From an uncultured Clostridia bacterium (GTDB taxonomy: Bacteria; Bacillota; Clostridia; Lachnospirales; Lachnospiraceae), in contig CAMVIN010000001.1 of assembly GCA_947167565.1 (NCBI GenBank), positions 792 through 64,791 of the forward strand: a stretch of DNA of 64,000 nucleotides. The letters are read 5' to 3'. Under the pieces are notes generated by a model, which saw nothing but the letters and a program-made list of their open reading frames with translations, did not search any database and was not told the DNA's origin. Shown piece after piece: positions 49,299-58,682 of the stretch. The position numbers and the translations under genes are program-made. Within the stretch, counting starts at the first letter, position 1, and the number at the start of each line of letters is the position of its first letter.

Positions 49299-50399
49299 AT
49301 GAAGAAAAAACTTGGATTTATCGGGTTCGGTTTGATTGGCGGATCGATTGCCAGAGCGTTGAAAAAGAGAAGTGAAGATTTTACTATTATCGTCTACACG
49401 AGAAGGAAAAATCCCAACTTAGACATGGGGGTAAAAGAGGGTATTATCGATGAACTTGTCTATGAGGTGGATGAGTCTTTTTCTGTGTGTGATATTATAT
49501 TTCTCTGTGCACCTGTACTGAAAAATATTGAGTTTCTCAGTGCGTTGAAATCAATAATGAAACCTTCCTGTATCTTGACGGATGTGGGAAGCGTCAAAGG
49601 AAATATATGCAAGGCAGCGAGAGAAGAGGGGCTTGCGTCACGTTTTATCGGAGGGCATCCGATGGCTGGTTCGGAGAAGACCGGTTATGAGAATTCAACA
49701 GATTCTCTTTTGGAAAATGCGTATTATCTCCTTACTCCGAATGAGGAGAACCGCCCGGAGGATGTGAGTACAATGAGAGAACTTGTCGGGCTGACCGGTG
49801 CTAATTGCGTCGTGCTGGACGCATCTGAGCACGACCGGATCACGGCGGCTATCAGCCATGTCCCACATATTATTGCGGTGTCGCTTGTCAATATGGTTCG
49901 AGAAAATGACGGAGAGGAAGAAAATATGAAGTCCTTTGCTGCCGGCGGTTTTAAGGATATTACCAGAATCGCGTCTTCCTCCCCTGCCATGTGGCAGGAT
50001 ATCTGTCTTGCCAACCGAGAGTCGATTCAGGATTTTCTTCTCTATTTTGAGGAGCAGCTGCGGAATTTTCGGCAGATGATGTCCGAGGGGAATGCAGGAG
50101 GGATTTATGAGGAATTTGACCGGGCGGGAGAGTATCGGAATTCCATTCCGAACAAGAAGAGCAGTATCATTGCCCGTTCTTATGAATTGTATATTAATAT
50201 CGACGACCGCACCGGGGCAATTGCAGCGATTGCCACGCTATTGTCAAAAAGTCAGATTAGCATCAAAAATATCGGCATAGTACATAACCGTGAATTTGAA
50301 GATGGTGTTCTGAGGCTTGCTCTTTATACGGAGGAAGATATGCGTGCAGCAGATCGTGTGCTGACCAGAAATCGTTACACGGTCATCCGCCGGGGTTAG
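49299..50399 (+). CDS. tyrA: Prephenate dehydrogenase with a C-terminal ACT domain
   Basis: The Rossmann motif is LGFIGFGLIGGSIA and the catalytic region is GGHPMAGSEKTG. There is an ACT-like C-terminus. The product is ~366 aa. Confidence 0.85.
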   Translation: MKKKLGFIGFGLIGGSIARALKKRSEDFTIIVYTRRKNPNLDMGVKEGIIDELVYEVDESFSVCDIIFLCAPVLKNIEFLSALKSIMKPSCILTDVGSVKGNICKAAREEGLASRFIGGHPMAGSEKTGYENSTDSLLENAYYLLTPNEENRPEDVSTMRELVGLTGANCVVLDASEHDRITAAISHVPHIIAVSLVNMVRENDGEEENMKSFAAGGFKDITRIASSSPAMWQDICLANRESIQDFLLYFEEQLRNFRQMMSEGNAGGIYEEFDRAGEYRNSIPNKKSSIIARSYELYINIDDRTGAIAAIATLLSKSQISIKNIGIVHNREFEDGVLRLALYTEEDMRAADRVLTRNRYTVIRRG

Positions 50400-51319
50400 G
50401 GGACTGAGAAGGTGATTGCCTGCTTGTGATTGGTGATCACCGCTTTTTTATGCGTGCCGCCATTTTCTCCGTCAAGAGTATAGGCGATTTCCGTATCCGC
50501 ATCAATGGTTATTTTTTTTCCTTTCATAACATGAATCTGGGAACTCTCTTCTCCTGTCAGAAAAAAACTGATTGCCAGGTTAAGCTCAATTGGGTTTTTT
50601 GGTTCTTTTACAAAAATGGCATCAAAATATCCGTCATCAAGAAGGATTTTCTTTCGTTTATAGAGATTCATGCCTCCTACGGACTTGGCGTTCGTCACCA
50701 TGCCGAGAATACAGTCGTTGTCCCAGATTTCTCCGTCTGCATCTACCCGGACGTGGGAACTTTTTATCGTGTTTAATTGGAGTGCGCCCTCAAGTATATA
50801 AGCCGGTTTGCCGAGAAGATTTTTTGTTGCCTGGGGAGTTTCGTAGGAGACAGAGGTGAAGGCACCAAAAGCGGCTACATAGGTAAAATAGTGACCGTTC
50901 AAATCCCCGATGTCATAGGCGTGGTGTCTGTCACTTGCCGCTACTTCGGCAGCGTTTAAAATTCGCTTGGGAATTCTGATTCCTGTGGCAAAATCATTTA
51001 CTGTGCCGGTGGGAATATAGCCACAGACCGGCTGTCTGCCTGAGTTGTCTGAAAGAAGACTATTCATCTCACGAAGTCCTTTTAATTCCATCAGACCGTG
51101 AACGACTTCGTGCAGGGTGCCGTCTCCGCCGGAACAGATAATTCTGTCATAATCCGTTCCGCGTTCAAGGACACAGTTGGTCGCATCCTCCGGTTTAAGA
51201 GTTGGATAAACAGTAGTGTCAAAACCTGCGTGGCGAAATATTTCCAGCACATCAGACAAGTGATTTTTTAAAGCACCCTTTCCGGCGTTAGGATTGTAGA
51301 TAAAAAGAACACGTTCCAT
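50396..51319 (-). CDS. Diacylglycerol kinase family lipid kinase (YegS/DagK-like)
   Basis: The motifs IYNPNAGKG and SGGDGTLHEV are present. The ORF is 307 aa. Confidence 0.82.
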   Translation of the reverse strand: MERVLFIYNPNAGKGALKNHLSDVLEIFRHAGFDTTVYPTLKPEDATNCVLERGTDYDRIICSGGDGTLHEVVHGLMELKGLREMNSLLSDNSGRQPVCGYIPTGTVNDFATGIRIPKRILNAAEVAASDRHHAYDIGDLNGHYFTYVAAFGAFTSVSYETPQATKNLLGKPAYILEGALQLNTIKSSHVRVDADGEIWDNDCILGMVTNAKSVGGMNLYKRKKILLDDGYFDAIFVKEPKNPIELNLAISFFLTGEESSQIHVMKGKKITIDADTEIAYTLDGENGGTHKKAVITNHKQAITFSVP

Positions 51320-51330
51320 AGATTCCTCCC

Positions 51331-52362
51331 TTAATCATCTAAAATTATCATAGCATCTCCGAAAGAAAAAAAGCGGTAACGCTCTTTGACGGCGAGTTCA
51401 TAGGCTTCCATCATCTGTTCTTTTCCCGCCAGGGCCGAGACAAGCATGAGGAGTGTGGACTCCGGCAGATGAAAGTTTGTGATGAGAACATCCATGCAGC
51501 GAAAGGAGTAGCCGGGGTAGATAAAAATGTCGGTATCTCCCTCGCCTGCCTGTAGAATACCGTTCTCATCGGCAGCAGACTCAATGGTGCGGCAGCTTGT
51601 TGTTCCGACACAGACGATTCGCCCGCCATTTTTCTTTGCCTGATTGATTTTTTCTGCTTCTTCCGGGGCGATTCTATAAAATTCTGAGTGCATATGGTGA
51701 CTCTCTACATCGTCAACTTTGACCGGACGAAAGGTGCCCAGTCCCACGTGAAGTGTGACATTGGCAATCGTTATCTGTTTTTCTTCTAATTTTTGAAAAA
51801 GTTCTTCTGTAAAGTGAAGTCCGGCTGTCGGTGCCGCTGCGGAACCTTCGTATTTGGCATAAACTGTCTGGTAACGGTTTTTGTCTTTCAATTTGTGGGT
51901 GATGTAGGGGGGAAGAGGCATCTGTCCGAGTTCGTCAAGGATTTCCTCAAAAATTCCCTCGTAGTGAAATTGAATCAGCCGGTTGCCGTCCTCTAACACA
52001 TCGATAATCTCCCCGGTAAGGATACCGTCGCCAAAGGTCAAAGCGGCGCCGGTTCTTGCCTTTTTTCCCGGCTTTACAAGTGTTTCCCAGATGTCGTTTT
52101 CGCGACGTTTAAGTAAGAGAAGTTCTACGGTTGCGCCTGTGTCTTTTCTGATTCCGAACAATCTTGCCGGGATTACCTTTGTGTTGTTTCGGACAAGGCA
52201 GTCTCCGGGGTTCAGATAGTCAACAATATCTCGAAAACTGCGATGCTCGATGCGGTGAGATTTTCTGTGTACGACCATGAGGCGGGAAGCGCTTCGGTCA
52301 GATAGCGGATCCTGTGCAATCAGTTCTTCCGGAAGGTTATAATAAAAATCACTGGTTTTCAA
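51331..52362 (-). CDS. queA: tRNA preQ1(34) S-adenosylmethionine ribosyltransferase-isomerase
   Basis: A TTG start. The sequence [20 protein letters not shown]...TAGLHFT...VGTTSCR is canonical QueA. Confidence 0.93.
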   Translation of the reverse strand: MKTSDFYYNLPEELIAQDPLSDRSASRLMVVHRKSHRIEHRSFRDIVDYLNPGDCLVRNNTKVIPARLFGIRKDTGATVELLLLKRRENDIWETLVKPGKKARTGAALTFGDGILTGEIIDVLEDGNRLIQFHYEGIFEEILDELGQMPLPPYITHKLKDKNRYQTVYAKYEGSAAAPTAGLHFTEELFQKLEEKQITIANVTLHVGLGTFRPVKVDDVESHHMHSEFYRIAPEEAEKINQAKKNGGRIVCVGTTSCRTIESAADENGILQAGEGDTDIFIYPGYSFRCMDVLITNFHLPESTLLMLVSALAGKEQMMEAYELAVKERYRFFSFGDAMIILDD

Positions 52363-52484
52363 AACGATTCACCCACTTCTTTTTTGTTATTTGCACAATA
52401 TCTTATCATTTTTGAAAAATATCGTCAACAGTTGTTGCCGAAAAATGGTGGTTGTGTTATCATATTAGGGGAGGCGATGTCAGG

Positions 52485-52901
52485 ATGTTAAGCGAAGAGA
52501 AGATAAAAAAAATGCTCCGCTTGTCCGAATATGAAACAGGTCAGGGAAGTATTGATCTGCGGCGCGTCCGGTATATGAAAATGGATTATGTCCGGTTAGA
52601 AATCATTAAGACAGTGGCAGCTACTGTCATTGCCTTTGTGCTTGCCGCCGGTTTGCTGGTGTTATATCAGGCGGATTTTATATTTGCAAATGCGCTTTCG
52701 CTGCCGCTTCGGGAGATTTTGATATGGAGTGGCTGTGTTTTTGTGCCGCTATGTACGGTGTGTGTTGTTACTACATGGCGTGTGGCTGCCCGGCTGTACG
52801 AGGAGTCTCATGCGCGGGCGAAGATTTATTATACAACTCTGCAAGAATTGCTTGAGTTGTACGACGAAGAGGAACAGCGACAGGAGGAAACAGACACATG
52901 A
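52485..52901 (+). CDS. Hypothetical small membrane protein (two predicted TM helices, acidic tail)
   Basis: The ATG at 52485 follows GGGGAGG. Hydrophobic spans are VAATVIAFVLAAGLLVLY and ILIWSGCVFVPLCTVCVVTTW. The stop overlaps the next start (ATGATG). No family was recognised. Confidence 0.5.
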   Translation: MLSEEKIKKMLRLSEYETGQGSIDLRRVRYMKMDYVRLEIIKTVAATVIAFVLAAGLLVLYQADFIFANALSLPLREILIWSGCVFVPLCTVCVVTTWRVAARLYEESHARAKIYYTTLQELLELYDEEEQRQEETDT

Positions 52902-53842
52902 TGATTCTCTTACTGCTAAAGAGCAGAATAAAGAATTTTTATGAGGGTCACTACCGGGTTGTCCGGGGGTGCATGAAGGCACTGGTGTCATTTTTTGCAA
53001 TATTTCTTGTGACCCGTCGATTGAATTATAATGACATACTTGGCACATATCCGGCGCTGATTGCCGTAGCCGCTCTGTGTGGAGTGACACCGGATATTAT
53101 AGCTGCACTGGCTGTCGGTGTGGTGATTTGTGTGGAAATTTTTCATGTATCTGCCTTACTCGGTGGTAGTATGGTCGCTATATTCATCATATACTTTTTA
53201 TTGTTTGGGCGATTGGGACACAGGCAGGCATTTGTGATTTTTGCAATTCCGGTTCTGTCAATGCTGCATATTGATTGTACAGTACCGATTGTGTCAGCGC
53301 TTTTTATGTCACCGGGACTGCTTCCATCCATTCTCATGGGAATTCTTCTGCAATATATCCTGCAGGGAATTACAGAGTATTCCGTGTTGGAGCAAACCTC
53401 GACACAGAGTGACATTACATCCTCGCTTCACTATCTGATCGATGGTCTTAGAAGCAATAAGATGATGGCGGTCACCATGGTGGCGTTTTTGTTGACGTTT
53501 CTGTGTGTGTATCTGGTGAGGAAAAGGCAGATCAAGAATGCGCCTCAGATTGCTATTTTAGTTGGGGCGATTGTGATGATGTCAGTGGAGTTGTTGTGCA
53601 ATATTTTGATGGATTTGCAGATCGGAACGGGACTTTTGGCGTTGCAGGTTGTGATTTCGGCTGCGATTGCGTATATTATACAGTTCTTCCATTTGACGCT
53701 GGATTACCATGGAACAAAAAAATTACAGTTTGAAGATGATGAATACTATTATTATGTGACAGCAGTTCCTAAATTTAAAGTGACGGTCGTTGACCGCACC
53801 GTAACAAGAATTTTATCTGAGAGAAAGGAGGGCAAAGAATGA
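52898..53842 (+). CDS. Hypothetical polytopic membrane protein (~7-8 TM)
   Basis: A 314-aa protein, hydrophobic throughout, with a soluble ~50-aa C-terminus (KLQFEDDEYYYYVTAVPKFKVTVVDRTV). It overlaps both the upstream ORF and cdaA by 4 nt. No family was recognised. Confidence 0.55.
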   Translation: MMILLLLKSRIKNFYEGHYRVVRGCMKALVSFFAIFLVTRRLNYNDILGTYPALIAVAALCGVTPDIIAALAVGVVICVEIFHVSALLGGSMVAIFIIYFLLFGRLGHRQAFVIFAIPVLSMLHIDCTVPIVSALFMSPGLLPSILMGILLQYILQGITEYSVLEQTSTQSDITSSLHYLIDGLRSNKMMAVTMVAFLLTFLCVYLVRKRQIKNAPQIAILVGAIVMMSVELLCNILMDLQIGTGLLALQVVISAAIAYIIQFFHLTLDYHGTKKLQFEDDEYYYYVTAVPKFKVTVVDRTVTRILSERKEGKE

Positions 53843-54714
53843 ATACCATTCGCAATTTTATTGATAATTATGTTGTTTGGTTTACGATACCGAAGTTTAC
53901 TGCGATTGACATTATTGAGATTGTCATTATTGCCTATGCCCTCTATCACATTATTGTGTGGATTAAAGATACAAGAGCATGGGTGTTGTTAAAGGGTATG
54001 ATTGTGTTGGGAGCGATTTTTATCGTGGCGCTCCTTTTGGAGATGAATGTAGTTCTCTGGATTTTCAGGAATGCTATGGTTGTCGGTATTATGGCATTGG
54101 TTGTCATTTTTCAGCCTGAACTTCGCAATGCTTTGGAGAAACTCGGAAGACAGAGGATTTTCTCTAATATTACTGTTTTTGAGGGGAAAAATAGTCGAAA
54201 TGAACGTTACTCCGAAAAGAGTATTAAGGAAATTATCAAGGCAGTCTATGACATGGCAAAGGTTAAGACAGGGGCCTTGATTGTTGTGGAAAGAGAAATT
54301 CAATGCCGGGAATATGAGCACACGGGAATTCCGATTAACGCCGAGATCAGTAGTCAGTTGATGGTTAATATTTTTGAACATAATACACCGCTTCATGACG
54401 GTGCCGTTATTTTGAGAGATGACAGGATTATTTCAGCGACCTGCTATCTGCCGTTATCCAACAACCTGGCTGTCAGCAAGGAACTGGGGACGAGGCATCG
54501 TGCCGGCCTCGGAATCAGTGAGGTCTCGGATTCTGTGACGATTATTGTCTCTGAGGAGACAGGTGCAGTATCGTTGGCGATGGATGGAAAACTTTACAGA
54601 AAGGTTGACGCAGATACCTTAGAGATGCGTTTGATTGAGGCATCGAGTCGTCTGCCTGAAGACAGAAAGAAAAAGAAAGGGAGGGCAAAAAGTGGGCGGA
54701 AGAATAAGAAATAA
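53839..54714 (+). CDS. cdaA: Diadenylate cyclase CdaA (membrane-anchored DisA_N domain)
   Basis: Three N-terminal TM helices are followed by TGALIVVERE...PLHDGAVIL...ELGTRHRAGLGISE...IIVSEETG, the DAC-domain motifs. Confidence 0.92.
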   Translation: MNTIRNFIDNYVVWFTIPKFTAIDIIEIVIIAYALYHIIVWIKDTRAWVLLKGMIVLGAIFIVALLLEMNVVLWIFRNAMVVGIMALVVIFQPELRNALEKLGRQRIFSNITVFEGKNSRNERYSEKSIKEIIKAVYDMAKVKTGALIVVEREIQCREYEHTGIPINAEISSQLMVNIFEHNTPLHDGAVILRDDRIISATCYLPLSNNLAVSKELGTRHRAGLGISEVSDSVTIIVSEETGAVSLAMDGKLYRKVDADTLEMRLIEASSRLPEDRKKKKGRAKSGRKNKK

Positions 54715-56044
54715 ACTGACGAATAACTTGATGATAAAGATTTTGTCCCTTATCGTGGCCTTTCTTTTTTGGCTGGTGATTATCAATATTACAGATCCTA
54801 CGACGACAAGGGTGTTCACGGGGATTCCGGTCAAGGTTTTGAATGAAAATGTTATTACATCGGCAAATCGTGTGTATGAGATTGAAGAGGGGGACACGGT
54901 CGATGTCACGGTGAAAGGAAAACGCAGCGTGATTGAGACGTTGAATCGGAGTGATTTTGCCGCGACAGCGGATATGAGTGACCTGTCTTCGGTGAATGCA
55001 GTCAATATTTCGGTTGAAATCCGGTCCGGTATCAATGACGCAGAGTCGATTGATATTGACTGGGGCAATGCTATGCTGAAAGTTAAACTTGAAGACCGTG
55101 AGACTCAGAAATTCCAGGTTAAAGTAGAGCATCAGGGTGAGGTTGCACAGAATTATGTGCTGGGAGACATTGTTGCCAAGCCGAATATTATTGAAGTGTC
55201 CTGTGGCGCCTCGAAGTTCAAGAAGATAGATCATGTAGGCGTACTTGTAACTCTGAATAAAGAAAAGAAAGATTTTACAAGAGAATACCAGCCGGTGTTG
55301 TATGATGCGGATGGAGATATTATAGACAGTTCGAACGTCACTTTTGGCAGTGATACCATCAGTGTATCGATTGAGGTTTTGAAGAAGAAAGAATTGTCCA
55401 TTTATGTCAAGACGAAAGGTAAGCCGGCCGATGGCTATCGCCTGGCTCAAACAGTGTTCCAACCGGAGACAATCTGGGTGTCCGGTAAGTCATCAGCACT
55501 TAAGAAAGAAGAATCCATTACGATTCCGATTGATATATCCGGTGCGACAAAGGATGTTGAGAAAGAAATTGATTTGCTGGAATATCTCTCTGACGGCGTT
55601 TCTATTGTAGGGGATACTACAACACTGTCTGTCAGATGCGAGATTGAAGAGAGCGGAAGTCGAACATTCACACTGACTTCTTCTGATATAGCAATTAAGA
55701 ATCTGCCGGCAAACAGTACCGTTGAATACGAGGATGAATCCATTAAGTATGCTGTTGTGTTGACGGGGCAGGATTCTGTGCTGGAAGATTTATCTCTCAG
55801 TACACTGGGAGCCTATGTGGATTTGGCAGGATGTGGAATTGGAGAGCACACTCTTGAGGTCAAATTTAATCTGCCTTCCGGCGTTAAATTAAAAAAGAAG
55901 GCGAAGGTTGTGCTTATTTTGCGAAGCCAAAACGGTGAGACGATTACACCGACAACGGAGACAGCGACGCCGGAACCAACACCGTCACCGACGCCGGAAT
56001 CGGAAGAGACACCAGAGCCGACAGAGGAAGCCAAAGAAGAGTAA
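54692..56044 (+). CDS. cdaR: CdaA regulatory protein CdaR (YbbR-like domains)
   Basis: The GTG at 54692 follows GGGAGG. There is an N-terminal TM (IKILSLIVAFLFWLVIINI), repeated YbbR-type beta domains, and a Pro/Thr/Glu-rich tail. It overlaps the cdaA 3' end, as is typical for cdaA-cdaR. Confidence 0.85.
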   Translation: MGGRIRNKLTNNLMIKILSLIVAFLFWLVIINITDPTTTRVFTGIPVKVLNENVITSANRVYEIEEGDTVDVTVKGKRSVIETLNRSDFAATADMSDLSSVNAVNISVEIRSGINDAESIDIDWGNAMLKVKLEDRETQKFQVKVEHQGEVAQNYVLGDIVAKPNIIEVSCGASKFKKIDHVGVLVTLNKEKKDFTREYQPVLYDADGDIIDSSNVTFGSDTISVSIEVLKKKELSIYVKTKGKPADGYRLAQTVFQPETIWVSGKSSALKKEESITIPIDISGATKDVEKEIDLLEYLSDGVSIVGDTTTLSVRCEIEESGSRTFTLTSSDIAIKNLPANSTVEYEDESIKYAVVLTGQDSVLEDLSLSTLGAYVDLAGCGIGEHTLEVKFNLPSGVKLKKKAKVVLILRSQNGETITPTTETATPEPTPSPTPESEETPEPTEEAKEE

Positions 56045-56074
56045 AAAATACAAAAAGGGAAACTCAATATATTG

Positions 56075-56120
56075 AAAAGCAGCTGCCGCACCATAGTTTT
56101 ATGGTGCAGCAGCTGCTTTT
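56075..56120. terminator. Bidirectional intrinsic terminator between cdaR and the carboxyltransferase gene
   Basis: A 20-bp stem AAAAGCAGCTGCCGCACCAT/ATGGTGCAGCAGCTGCTTTT (one mismatch) with a 6-nt loop. A/T runs lie on both sides. Confidence 0.85.
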
Positions 56121-56148
56121 ATATAACCATTTTGGCGAGATGCGTTGA

Positions 56149-57657
56149 TTACAACGGGATATTGCCGTGTTTTTTATGAACACCGTCAACCGCTCTTTTG
56201 TCAGATAACATAATAATGTCGCCATAAATGCGTTCTCTGGTTGCTTCCGGCTTGATAATCTCATCGACATAGCCGTGCATAGCTGCAATGCTCGGATTCA
56301 TGAATTTCTCATTGTATTCATCAATCTTTTCCTGGCGGAATGCTGCCTTCTCTTCCGGAGACATGGTCTTCATCTGCTTGCCATATAGAATATCTGCTGC
56401 ACCTTCAGCACCCATAACGGCAATCTCTGCGGTCGGCCATGCGTATACAAAGTCGGCGCGCAGATGCTTGCTGCTCATAGCGATATAGGCACCGCCGTAT
56501 GCCTTCCGGAGAATAATGTTAATCTTGATTGTCGTGGCCTCGGAGTACGCATACAGAAGTTTAGCTCCATGGCGGATAATTCCTTTATATTCCTGGTCTT
56601 TGCCGGGCAGGAATCCGGGTACGTCTGTCAGTGTGACAATTGGGATGTTGAACGCATCACAGTAGCGGATGAATCGTGCTGCCTTGTCTGAGGAATCACA
56701 GTCAAGAACGCCCGCCATGAATTTTGGCTGGTCGGCGATGATACCGATGGCAACACCTTTGACGCGGCCGAATCCGACAACGACATTGGTTGCAAATTCT
56801 TCCTGAACTTCAACGAAAGATTCCTGATCCACAATTCCCTGAATGACATCGTGAATATCATAACTCTGGTTGCTCTGCTCCGGAATGATATGGGCAAGAG
56901 CTTCGTTAAAATGAACATTGCTGCTGTAATTGGTGAGTGCCTTGTTTGTGTGAAGGTAACCTTCCTGAAAGCAAGGCGGGATAATGGAGATGAGTTCTCT
57001 TACCCGCTTAAAGCACTCTTTCTCATCCGGCATATGGAAGTGAGCGACACCGCTCTTGGAGGCGTGTACATTGGCTCCGCCCAGAGCGTCAGCTGTAATA
57101 TCTTCATTCGTCACGCTCTTGATAACTTTAGGTCCGGTAACGAACATCTGGCTGATGTTATCAATCACAAAGATGAAGTCTGTGATACCCGGAGAGTAAA
57201 CGGCACCACCGGCGCAGTTTCCGGCTATAATAGAAATCTGCGGAATATAACCGGAGGCCATTGTATTATAATAGAAGATTTCGCCGTAGCCGGCAAGGGC
57301 ATTGACACCTTCCTGGATACGCGCTCCGCCGGAATCATTGATACCAATGACCGGGCAACGGTTCTCAATCGCCATCTTGATGGCATTTGCAATCTTAAAA
57401 CCGTGCTGTTTGCCCAGTGTACCGCCAATAACAGTGAAGTCCTCTGAGTAAATGACTACTTTTTGTCCGCCAATCGTACCATATCCGGTAATGACACCAT
57501 CGTAAGGGAACTGTCCCTTTTTGATATTGAAGGCATCCTCTAAATTCGTCATGTTGGAACCGATCTCGCGGAAAGAATCTTCATCGAGGAGCATGCAGAT
57601 TCGCTCCAGGGCATGAAGTTTGCCGAGCTTATGTTGTTTTTCTACATTATAAACCAT
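56149..57657 (-). CDS. Acyl-CoA carboxyltransferase (methylmalonyl-CoA/propionyl-CoA carboxylase beta-type subunit)
   Basis: A 502-aa ORF with the carboxyl-transferase pattern DGVITGYGTIGGQKVVIYSEDFTVIGGTLG...INDSGGARIQEG...AGNCAGGAVYSP. Confidence 0.85.
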   Translation of the reverse strand: MVYNVEKQHKLGKLHALERICMLLDEDSFREIGSNMTNLEDAFNIKKGQFPYDGVITGYGTIGGQKVVIYSEDFTVIGGTLGKQHGFKIANAIKMAIENRCPVIGINDSGGARIQEGVNALAGYGEIFYYNTMASGYIPQISIIAGNCAGGAVYSPGITDFIFVIDNISQMFVTGPKVIKSVTNEDITADALGGANVHASKSGVAHFHMPDEKECFKRVRELISIIPPCFQEGYLHTNKALTNYSSNVHFNEALAHIIPEQSNQSYDIHDVIQGIVDQESFVEVQEEFATNVVVGFGRVKGVAIGIIADQPKFMAGVLDCDSSDKAARFIRYCDAFNIPIVTLTDVPGFLPGKDQEYKGIIRHGAKLLYAYSEATTIKINIILRKAYGGAYIAMSSKHLRADFVYAWPTAEIAVMGAEGAADILYGKQMKTMSPEEKAAFRQEKIDEYNEKFMNPSIAAMHGYVDEIIKPEATRERIYGDIIMLSDKRAVDGVHKKHGNIPL

Positions 57658-57780
57658 TGTTCAATCTCCATTCTTTCAAAATATAGTAACAAAACATGTT
57701 AAAAATACATATAATATGATACCATAAGAGTAAAATATGTCAACAATATGTTAAAATCGGCAAAAAATTTCCATGAATAG

Positions 57781-57810
57781 TTGACGAAATATGAGAGATA
57801 ATGATATAAT
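57781..57810 (+). promoter_or_regulatory. Putative sigma-A promoter of the tagG-like cluster
   Basis: TTGACG, an 18-nt spacer, then TATAAT (57805-57810), about 40 nt upstream of the tagG-like start. Confidence 0.4.
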
Positions 57811-57851
57811 CTATTGATTGAATAACAAATTACAAAGGACGGAGTGTAGTC

Positions 57852-58665
57852 ATGAAGCAATTTGTAGACAATTTCCGCAAATATTTTTATTTGCTTGGAC
57901 AACTTGTCAAAAAAAATATAAAATTGAGATATCGTCGCTCTTATCTGGGGATGCTGTGGACGTTGATTGAACCACTGCTCACGATGATTGTATTGACGGT
58001 TGTGTTTGGAAACCTGCTTGGGAGAAATAGTAATGATGCGGCATTTGCCGGCGTTCCGTTTCCTATTTACATCTTGACAGGACGATTGTTGTATTCGTTC
58101 TTCTCATCGGCTACGAATAGTGCCATGAAGTCGATTCGCAGCAACGGTGCCATGATAAAAAAGGTATATGTACCCAAATATATTTATCCGTTGTCAGGAA
58201 TCGTGGCGAATTTCATTATATTCCTGATTTCGTTGGTCGTACTGGTTGGAGTTATGGCTTACTTTATTTCGACGGGCGTTTATCAGGCTCCGATTAACGG
58301 GCTTTTTGTTGGGTTGATTTTTCCGCTTAATCATCTGTTTTTTGTGGGCATGGGGAATTGGTATGATTTTGGCGACGCTGTGTGTTTTTTTTCGCGATAT
58401 CGAGTATTTATGGAGTGTCATGCTGATGCTGATTATGTATTGTAGTGCGATTTTCTATTTTGTGGATCATATGGGAGGCAATACACAGAGACTGATAAAG
58501 TTAAATCCATTGTTTGGCATTATTCATAATTTTCGCCGCACATTTTTTGGACAACCATTTGATATGGTGCTATTGCTATATACGACACTGTTTGCGCTGT
58601 TTACCTTATTGATTGGAATGTTTGTATTTTACCGCAAACAGGATTCCTTTATTCTTCATATTTAA
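57852..58665 (+). pseudogene. tagG: ABC-2 type polysaccharide/teichoic-acid export permease (TagG-like), interrupted by a +1 frameshift
   Basis: The N-terminal 160 aa (LRYRRSYLGMLWTLIEPLL...) are in frame 0. The C-terminal part (GIGMILATLCVFFRDIEYLW...KLNPLFGIIHNFR) is in frame +1 and is open from 58318. The two ORFs overlap. T5 (58318-58322) and T6 (58338-43) runs lie at the junction. Confidence 0.7.
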
Positions 58666-58682
58666 TTAAGGAGGAGAACATC

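Noticed and set aside
52363-52484. A possible preQ1 riboswitch upstream of queA, and likewise a T-box upstream of proS at 38573-38733.
   Set aside because: The queA 5' region shows only a promoter-like TTGACG-17-TAAGAT and a short leader, with no preQ1-type hairpin or A-rich tail motif. The proS leader is about 30 nt, far too short for a T-box.
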